This document shows positions 50,959 through 60,000 of a DNA stretch of 60,000 nucleotides, piece by piece. The position numbers and the translations under genes are program-made. The DNA is from Lytechinus pictus (Eukaryota): positions 26,600,001 through 26,660,000 of the forward strand of contig NC_087251.1 of assembly GCF_037042905.1 (NCBI RefSeq), in the 5' to 3' direction. The notes under the pieces are model-generated. The model ran no database searches. It worked only from the letters and a program-made list of their open reading frames with translations, and was not told where the DNA came from. Position 1 is the stretch's first letter. Every line of letters begins with the position of its first letter.

Positions 50959-51765
50959 CAGTGCGTCCCAGAAAAAACGAAACCGAGATTAAACAATGAT
51001 TTATCATAATTTATTCACAAATACAATAGACAATTGACCTACCATTTTAAAGCTCAAAATCTCCTCTTTTAGCTGATATCACTTAGATTATTCCTCATTC
51101 ACGCATGAGTGAGCAAAAACAATTTGAAGAAAGGATACCAAAAACTCATTTGGCGGGGGGTATCTGAATTTCAAAAAGAAAATCTCATGCCTAAAAGTTC
51201 AATATCTGCTCTTTTATTTGATACCTTAATCACAAAAAATGGTCAACAAGTAAAAAAATTATGGTCCCTCGAAACAATGCTTGTATTTCCATAATTTCAT
51301 TAAATAACGTGTTTTCACCGGTTACCCACAGAAGCTATCGCATGGTTAACAAAAGACTTAATGCATGACTGATCGTCAACAAAACGGAGCGTCGAGTGAG
51401 TTTGAACGCTAGCCAGTAAAACCTCTTCATTTTATGAAATTATTGAAATTCAAGCCTGATTTCAAATAACCAGAGCTTTGTTATTTTTTGACCATTTTCT
51501 GTAATTGAGGTATCAAATTAAAGAGCAGATATTGAACTTTTTAAAAATGTGGTTTTCTTTTTGAAACCCAGATACAGCCCGCCAAATGACTTTTTGGTAT
51601 CCCCTCTTCAAATTGTTTTTGCTCACTCATGCGTGAATGAGAAATAATCTAAGTAATTTCAAATGAGAGAGGAGATTCTGAGCTTTAAAATGGTAGGTCA
51701 TTTGTCTATTGTATTTATGATTAAGTTATGATAAATCTCGGTTTCGTTTTTTGTGGGACGCACTG
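50959..51765. mobile_element. Tc1/mariner-type fold-back MITE with ~290-bp arms
   Basis: ta|cagtgcgtccca ... tgggacgcactg|ta, followed by (TA)n. Confidence 0.85.
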
Positions 51766-51796
<31 letters not shown>

Positions 51797-54270
51797 ATAC
51801 AATATCTGTTTTTAGCTACTCCTCACAGATGATCAAATTAATTGTTGTGTTGATTGTATTGTTTGGTGTCAAGCATTATTGCCATACTCTCATGACGTAT
51901 GGTATAGAAAATCTATGAGTATTTATTACATATTGGAGGGGCTTCTTTGTATGCTTCCGTAGGAGTGGAGAAAGTTTTCTATCAAGCCACTATGCAATGC
52001 GTTGGTATTGATATATCTGTAAAGTGCTTATTTAATCATGAATGTGATTTTGTTTTTTCAATGGTAGTGTTAATTTTTTTCAATTTTGTAATACTTTGCC
52101 TCGTATATTGTACACATAATTGTTCATGGAGATATGATGATAATTGTATCACCATTTAAAAATCTTATAGCTAGTATATCAACAGAAGACTCTTGTTTAT
52201 TCACAGGATTGTTCTTAATTTATTTATTACATGGAGCCAGACTACATGTACAATTTTTGGAATAAATTCATAATAGAAAGGGTACTTAATAAGTTAAATC
52301 ATAAAAAAAGCTATTGAAATTTTGCAGTTTTTATACTTAATGTAAAAAATGATATGTTTATAAGTGATTTTATCATAATTAGGACAAAAAGATCATTAAT
52401 TTTATTTGCAGAAAATGTATGCAGAGTATAATATACTGTTTAATAAGAAAAAGAAAGTATTGTTCACACTCATATTGTGTGTCACTTAGATGTTTATCAT
52501 CACAGTGTGAGTTATATTGTTCTATACTATATCTTCATTTTCAGTTTGTAAAAACAAACAGTCAAGAGTTTTGATAGCCTTTATTTATTTATTATTTCTA
52601 TTGTGTTGAATACTTATGTGTGTGACTCCATTTATGCTCTATTTAAAAAAAATGATTTATATATTTAGTTAAGAATAAACTGAAAGAACAACTCCAATGG
52701 GAGGGAATATTTTCATTTCTAGTGGATGATAATGGATCAGGTATAGATGCCACATGTGTTCCATCTTTTTCTATGCTTGATATTAGGAAAAGTCTACAGC
52801 TTTAAACCTTATCACAAAATTCATGCTTATTCATGAAAGTTTTTTTTTTACTTGTAGAATTTCATGTAGATCGATTTTCACTACACTATGGCAAACCAAT
52901 TCATACTTTATCTTGCAAGAAATAGATTATCAAGCAAATGTGAATTTGAAATTGAATTTTAAGACCTAGTATTGTCATGTGTTTCATTGCATTTTTTTTT
53001 AATCACCATCTAAGCTTGATTTGTAACTTACCTGTATTTTATGCATTGTAATGACAACCTTCTTCATATTCATTGTAGGTTGTAACTGAAACCTTGATAT
53101 GCAAATATGTCTTGTTAGCATTTGTTTCTGAAAATTATCACAATTTTTTTCTTGACCAAATCATAGAATGAAAAGCAAATCAAATCGTATAGCCATTGGT
53201 TAATAAGAAATTTGAAGAAAAAAATGGAAGAGTGGTAAAAGTTTGAACAAAATGAAACAATAAAAATGTATAGGTCTGTCGGGATTTCCTATAGTGAAGA
53301 TGTGTAGGGGGGTGGTTGTGCTATAAATTTCCCCTTCCCTGAATGATAGGTTGTTGCTCAAATCTACACCGGTGGGAAATTCAAATGTTTTGAATGATTG
53401 ATGCCCTTGTTATTTAGGGTGGGAGCAAATTCTACATTTGTTCCAATACAAATACATGAGTAAAATGTGCCACTTTGCAAAAGTGGTACTGATCAGGATT
53501 GCCAATTTAAGATTCACATAAATTTAGTGATCTCATAATTATTCAAATTCCATTATTTTCTTATTGTATGTCTGAGTCACACTTTCACCATCATATTGTT
53601 ATTTTCCTGCTCTCACACAAACCATTTGATTTCCAAGGTTAGATATCTCTACAACACAACATTTCTGACTTTAGTTTTTGTCTCAATTCAGAAAGAAGAT
53701 GGTTTAGAGCTACAGATTCTAGATTTTCTTCCATTTTTGTCTACTCATTGTCAATAAAGACAATTCTAACTGCCCTTGCAATGCTTGTATATATTGATAC
53801 ATCTTATCTTTATGTATAGACTGAATATATGATTATTAAAGGTTTCACAGTAAAAGAAAATTATTTCTTAATGAAATGGTGTTTTGTTTGTTTTACAGAG
53901 ATTTTTGAGAGAGAATTATAAGATTGTTATTGGAAAATAATAACCGATGAGCAAAATGCTATTAGTGTTGGCCACAAGTAGTTATGCTATTACACAGAAT
54001 GTACATGAATCAAGATGATTGTTTTGGGAAGAATTATCCAATTAATGATTATGAAACTTATATCACTTGAAAGGTTGACTTACTAGTATTCCAAAGATTC
54101 ATGAATAGGCTGAAGTTCTATGTCAAAAAAATCACTGTACACCATTGTTCCTATGGTATTGCAAAATAACAGGTGGTTCAGTTTCACTACATGCTAATAG
54201 GCAAATTACAAGTGTGATAATGGAATTATGTATTTGCTCTCTGGTTTAATTGACTTTACTAAACATGTTT

Positions 54271-54310
<40 letters not shown>

Positions 54311-54514
54311 GTACATGTATACATATGTTTCGATGTTCTATTAACTTTATTTTTCATTGTTCATATTGTGCACTGTGTTTAGCATGAAAGTGAACTATGT
54401 GCAATATTCAAAACAGTGGTGGTCAGTAATGCGGAGTCCTAGAAACCTTGTCAAGTAGAAGCATTTGAATGCCAATAGCATATTCATTTATGAGATATGA
54501 TTTTTGTTGACATA

Positions 54515-54823
54515 GCCCATATTCTGAAGTAAGATTTAACTTAGACCACGGTCTATAACTCTGTGCTAACATCATGGAGAGCCAAAAATTTAAAAATTCT
54601 GTTTATATTGTATATTTATTATGTTTACTGTTTTGCTTCATTTTGCTTTCATAATGAAGAAAATATTTGTTATCATTCCCAGACAATTATGAACAATTTG
54701 GGTGCCATGTGAGTTAATAAATTGAATGTGTACTGTAAGGGATTTGTGCTCCAATTGGCTCTCCATAGTTAAACCACAACTTTAAACCAGTGTTTAATTT
54801 AAACCAGAGTTCAGAATATGGGC
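54515..54823. mobile_element. MITE
   Basis: gcccatattctgaa ... ttcagaatatgggc. Confidence 0.65.
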
Positions 54824-55029
54824 CAATGAGTTTATATTTTCTCTGGGATTAAATTTGGGTTCACTTTTCTGAGACACACAGTACATTAACTCAATATAAA
54901 TTATCTTATTTGTTTAATACAAATAATCTTTGATTTATATCTTTATAAAGGGCATTTATAGAGGGAGAGAAAGAGAGAGAGAGAGATGGCAAAATAAGAT
55001 AAAAGCAATAAGATATGGAGACGAGATAC

Positions 55030-55300
55030 ATAATAATAATAATATAGGGTATTTATATTGCGCACATATCCACCTTAGGTGCTCAAGGCGCTCCTATATT
55101 ACCCGGCTAAGCTAGGCGTTCATAGCGCACACAGCTTTTTAAGGAATTACTTCCTACCGGTACCCATTTACTTCACCTAGGTTGAGTGCAGCTCATTGTG
55201 GATCAGTTTCTTGTCGAAAATTACGCCATGGCTGGGATTTGAACCCACGACCCTCTGTTTCAAAGTCCGAAGACTAATCCACTGGGCCACAACGCTCCAC
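55030..55300 (-). mobile_element. tRNA-derived SINE
   Basis: Minus strand: A-box tggcccagtgg, B-box ggttcaaatccc, aaatgggtaccgg core, (TTA)n tail. Confidence 0.85.
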
Positions 55301-56490
55301 ATGTATATATATGAGAAGTAATATGGTAGACTCTGAGGGGGAGGGGAGGGGTCAGTTAATGTATGGATTATAACCAAGAAAGAAAATGGAAAATGATACT
55401 ACAGTGTATAGAGAGAGAGGGGGAGAGAGAGAGGGGGGTGTAGATGGATGGGAGGTACAGAGGGCACAGGGAGGTTAAGAGAGTGGGAGACAGATAGAGA
55501 AAGAAAAGAAAAGTAGCAGAAAGACAATCTTTTGAGATGAAGGGAATCAAATAAGAAGGAAGTGCAAGAGTGAGGTTGAAAAGATAACGATGGGAGAGAG
55601 AGAGGAAAAGGGCACTGCTGTCATAATCTTGAATATGCGCGAGAGAGGTGCAAAGAGAGAGAGAGAGAGGGATTAGAGAGAAAATGGGAGAGAGGAGGGT
55701 GATCAAGAAAGATTGGGGGAAAAGAGGAGAGCGTTGAGCGTTTTATTTTATTTTTTTCAAGTTGTCATATCAGACAATTTTCCTTGATTTTGATTTGCCA
55801 AGAAGCACAGTTACTAATACTATATGGTAACAGACTTGTCAGATAAAGCACACTTGTATGGAATGCTGGCTTCATAAAATTTCTTTCATATTTGTGGCAC
55901 TTATAATGTACCAATTCATTATATTTTTCTATTTTTATATTCTTCCCATTTCACAATTCAATAAATTTTTGTCAACTTTTTGCAGCAGGATAAGAATAAT
56001 TTATAACTGGTGAATAAGATAACAACAATGACTGGCATTGTATATAAGTGCATTCTGAGTTAACCCACAGTCCTTTTATAGTTCACCCAGGTTCATGGTT
56101 TAACTAAATCATGGCTATCAGAATAATACATATGGAGATGAGAAAGAAAACAAGGAGAGAATGAGGATTTGAATGAGGGGGAGAGAGAGGGGGGTGTGAG
56201 AGGGAAAGAAGGGGTGGGCATTATTAGGCTAGAGAGGAAAGGGAATAAATGGAGAGGGAGAGAGAAGGATGAAGGAATGGAGAGAGAGGGAAGGGGGACT
56301 CTGTCAGGCTAATGAGGGAGGGAGCAAGATGGAGAGGGAGAGAGGAGGGTGAAGTAATTTGAGAGAGGATTTGAGATAAAAGAGGGGGCACTTTAAGGCT
56401 ATTTAGGGAGAGAGAGGTGGAGAGGGAGAGATTAGGGTGAAGAAATGGAGAGAGGGGGTTTTAGATGGAAGGCAGGGGGTGGGGTCACTA

Positions 56491-56591
56491 TAGTCTGCTG
56501 GGCTGGAACAGCAAGTTTTGTATGTGCTAGTCTTTGCGTGGAGGCACACTTATTGATCAAAGTTCCAATCAGGGTCTGTGCCTGCAGACTA
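56491..56591. mobile_element. 101-bp mini-element with TAG...CTA TIRs and a 9-bp TSD (Academ-like)
   Basis: gggtcacta|tagtctgc ... gcagacta|gggtcacta. Confidence 0.75.
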
Positions 56592-56614
56592 GGGTCACTA
56601 TGAGGCTATTTTAA

Positions 56615-57098
56615 GGGGAAGTTCAAGCTGAAAAAAAATTGTGAAAATAGCAGTAAAAATAGTAAAATATATTGTCGAAAAGTTTGAGAAAATCCATCAA
56701 AGAATTAAAGTTATTAGAATTTCAATTATTTGATTTGTGACGTCATTTGCAAGCAGCATTCCTACATGGCGAATGGTAAAAAAATCAAGTGTCATTTTCT
56801 CAGAAATTGAAAATGGTTTTCACTGTACCTTCGGTATATCAACAGATAATCATTTCACACCTGATCATGAAAAGAAAACAAAAATAAGTCATCAGGAACC
56901 ATTCAAAAATGAAATTCATGCATTTTCTTTCACATAACATATGGGGCAGCTGCACATTTATGTCACATATCCAAAACTTAAAATTTTAATAACTTTCTTA
57001 ATATTTAACGGATTTCCTCAAATTATCCTTCACCTATATTTTTTATAATTTTTTCTGTTATTTTTGCAAAAAACTTTCGTTCAGGGTGAACTTCCCCT
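56615..57098. mobile_element. Kolobok-type MITE
   Basis: ttaa|ggggaagttca ... tgaacttcccct|ttaa. Confidence 0.75.
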
Positions 57099-60000
57099 TT
57101 AAGGAGAAAGTCAAGAGATGGAGAATTAGAGTAGGGTGAAGTAATGGAGGGGGATAGAAAGAGGGGGTATTTGAAATGGAAAGTGGGCTTTAATCAGCTA
57201 AGTAATTGAGGGGAGAGAGAGATAGAAAGCGAGATACTGTGAAGAAATGGAGAGGGGGGATTTGAGAGGGAAAGGGGGCATAATCAGGCTATTGAGGGAG
57301 GGGGCAAGATGGAGAGTGGGAGAATAAGGTGAAGGAATTGGAAAGAGAGAAAGGGAAAGAGGATTTGAGAAAGGGGCATTCAGACTATTGGGGAGGGAGA
57401 GAGACAGAATGAGAGTTGGGTGCTGAAAATAGGTAGAGGGGAAGATATGTGAATATGAATATTGAGAAGATGGAAAGAGCCAGATGAGAGGGGAGACAGG
57501 AGTTGGAGATAAGTGAGGGAGAGGTGAAAGCAGCTGGGGTGGGGCAACAGATGGGAGAGAGGGAGGGAGAGATATCGAGGGGGAGAGACAGAGATTAGAG
57601 GTTATTGAGTGATTTCATTCATTTGTGATGTTATTGTACGTGTTCTGAATAGCCAGAATTCTGAAAGTATATCCTAATTTGTCAAGTTTGTGTGAAAATT
57701 AACCCAAGAGATTGTATTTCAAACATATTCAGACATGAATTCAGACATGAACAATTATTTGCAACAAGTGAAAAGAATTGCTCTTAGCAGTTCAATAACA
57801 TTACAAATACATCTTATTTCTCTACCAATGACAAAATTAATATTCATGGTTCTGTTTCGTTTACTAAAGCAGGAAATTATTTTTTACTCTTCCAAATGAT
57901 AAGTTTCATTTTCTAAACTCCAAAGAGTAGTACAACTTTAATTTGTCTCCATAGATTCAACTTGCACAAAATATTTTCCTTCTCTTCTGTTTACTTCCAA
58001 CTCAAATTTCCTTTCTTCCAACTATCTGTCACTCCCTCATTTTTTTGTCGAAAATCTTCTCTTAAACCAGCACCATCTCTCATGAGAGGCGTTTCACAAA
58101 GATGTAAGTTGAATAAAATTGTGCTTCTTCCCAATGTGCACATTGTTATTTAACGTATAGGATCCCATGAGCATAATCTGGGCCTGTAATACAAAGCTTA
58201 GTTTCATCATAAAGCTGATTTTTTTTTTTTAAAGATTGTGGCGAATGTAATCAATGTTATCAACTGTACGATCAATCGCTAAACTTTATGGTGTGTGGGC
58301 CTCTGACCAATGTGTTAATGCATTATATATACCAAATGCAACAGGGAATTTAGGTGTGATTTTTGCTAACACTTGAACCCTTGTGAAACACCCCCCCCCC
58401 CCCCCGGTTCCATTCTTTTCTCCCATTTCCCTCTCACAATCAATCAACTCTGTTTGAATACTCTTATCCTCACTCCAATCCTTTCCCACCTCTGTCATAC
58501 TAATGGCTTCACTGTAAAGGCAAACTGTTTTATTCAAGCCTGCATAAAAATGGTTCCTTTGATGGGGGGGGGGGGGAATGTTGCTCTGACACATCAAGAT
58601 TGTATGAACCAGAGATGCCAACTGTTACAGAATATTTATTAGATAAGAAATTACACTGAATAATCAAACGCCTGTACCAATTTTTTTTTTGGCGAGACAA
58701 AACATTTTAACAGTCACTCAGTTACGTAACACATATCATTAATATTCTCTAAGTTGTTGGCAACTCTGAATAAACCCATTTAGCCAAGACTAGGACTGAA
58801 CAGCCAACCTTGCCCAAGCCAATTCATAAAAGCGGAAATATTGCATAAGCCACATTGGCTCATACTGTGTTTGCACGAAATTAGCAGTATTTATTTTTTA
58901 CAGTAGATTCTACTTCGGCAAGGCTGTCTGTATGTGACAAATCATTCTCGTTAAACGTTAAATTTTTATTTGACTTCTTCAGGTAACTCAGTTTTATTGA
59001 TGGAAAAAAAACCAAGATAACATACGAGCATAGCATCTTCCAATTCATCTAAACAATATTCACAAGTAAACATAATCGGGTTTCAACATACAAAATTAAT
59101 TTAACCACAATGACATTTTCTCCCTTTTTTTTTTGTTTCAAACTAAACTGCAAAATGTCTCCTCAAAGACAAAGAAAGTGAATTGAATAATGGAGAAAAG
59201 GGCGCATGTGTAAGGCACAATTAGATCATACCCAGTGTAATTAAGAGTCTCTTTACATTGAATACTTGCTCTTAATGAATATTATTGCTTAATAACTAAA
59301 CTGGTTATGCCTATTATTTATGTCATGCAATACAAACAAGCAATATTGTGAAGTCGTTTTTAAAAGTCAAACATGCGTTCAAGGTAATTTTTTTCTTCTC
59401 ATAGAACAGTCAAAATTACACATATTATGAAAGATACAAAATTGGGATAAATTTTTCAAATTCAAGATTATACTGGGAGTGTTATATTATAGCCATACAT
59501 GTCAGTACAAGAATTATTTACAATAAAAATATAGCCATTTTTGTAAATCCATTTGTTAACATTCATTTTTGTTCAGGTCATTCAATAGACTCTTTTTAAT
59601 TGCCTTCTGTACTTCACAATATCTTGCTATAGGAATGGACCAAAATGCTAGGCCGGGATTAAGCTCAATGATCCGTTCCTAGAAGCTAAACACTATCAAC
59701 AATCATGAAGCAGACTTCACAATTTCAACAAAAACATTACAAATGTCAGTGACAGCTATACAATTTTTTCCTCTTCACTCCATCATAATACATATATATT
59801 TATAAGTTATGCAAATGTGCTAAATTGAATCAATTACTAGATTAAATTTCATTCTGTAAATAATGCAAATACTAATTGTTAATCAAATTCTACATTTGAG
59901 AGGCTTTTTCAAAATATAATATCTCTAACATGACAGTTTTTTGTTTTGTTTTTTCTCATCTATATCCATGCAGAGTGCTTTAACGGCTGCATACCTGTGC

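Larger units (their letters stand above)
55330..57600. repeat. GA-rich polypurine/diverged minisatellite region interrupted by insertions
   Basis: Recurrent 'gatggagagggagaga..agggtgaag.aatggagag' and 'aggctattgagggag' units. Confidence 0.75.

Noticed and set aside
55225..55300. Possible tRNA gene (also ~47603-47655)
   Set aside because: The tRNA-like heads run directly into SINE body and tail.
57600..60000. Possible exons of a further gene
   Set aside because: No frame with recognisable protein motifs and matching splice sites; likely intergenic or UTR.

Overview
AT-rich eukaryotic genomic DNA. The repeat landscape (TTAA-flanked Kolobok-type MITEs, tRNA-derived SINEs, GA-rich tracts) suggests a marine invertebrate, probably a sea urchin; that is inference. 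Two intron-containing genes sit head-to-head with their ATGs 644 bp apart. (1) Minus strand, 11 coding exons, 33717->4358: calmodulin-lysine N-methyltransferase CAMKMT, 353 aa, with a ~50-aa C-terminal extension and a 17-kb TE-filled first intron. (2) Plus strand, 8 coding exons, 34362->48784: a 291-aa protein fusing a 3-hydroxyacyl-CoA-dehydrogenase-type NAD-binding Rossmann domain to a C-terminal IAP/MDM2-like C3HC4 RING. Its catalytic His and Ser appear substituted and the dimerisation domain is missing, so it is a candidate NAD(H)/acyl-CoA-sensing pseudo-dehydrogenase E3 ligase (top finding). CAMKMT intron 1 holds a 5'-truncated Penelope-like retroelement with a 253-bp fold-back and a variant minimal hammerhead ribozyme, plus nested hAT, Tc1/mariner and Kolobok elements. 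The rest is MITEs, SINEs, a ~165-bp satellite, palindromes and a decayed transposase-like relic at the left edge. Both gene models were built by hand from GT-AG boundaries, with every phase checked.
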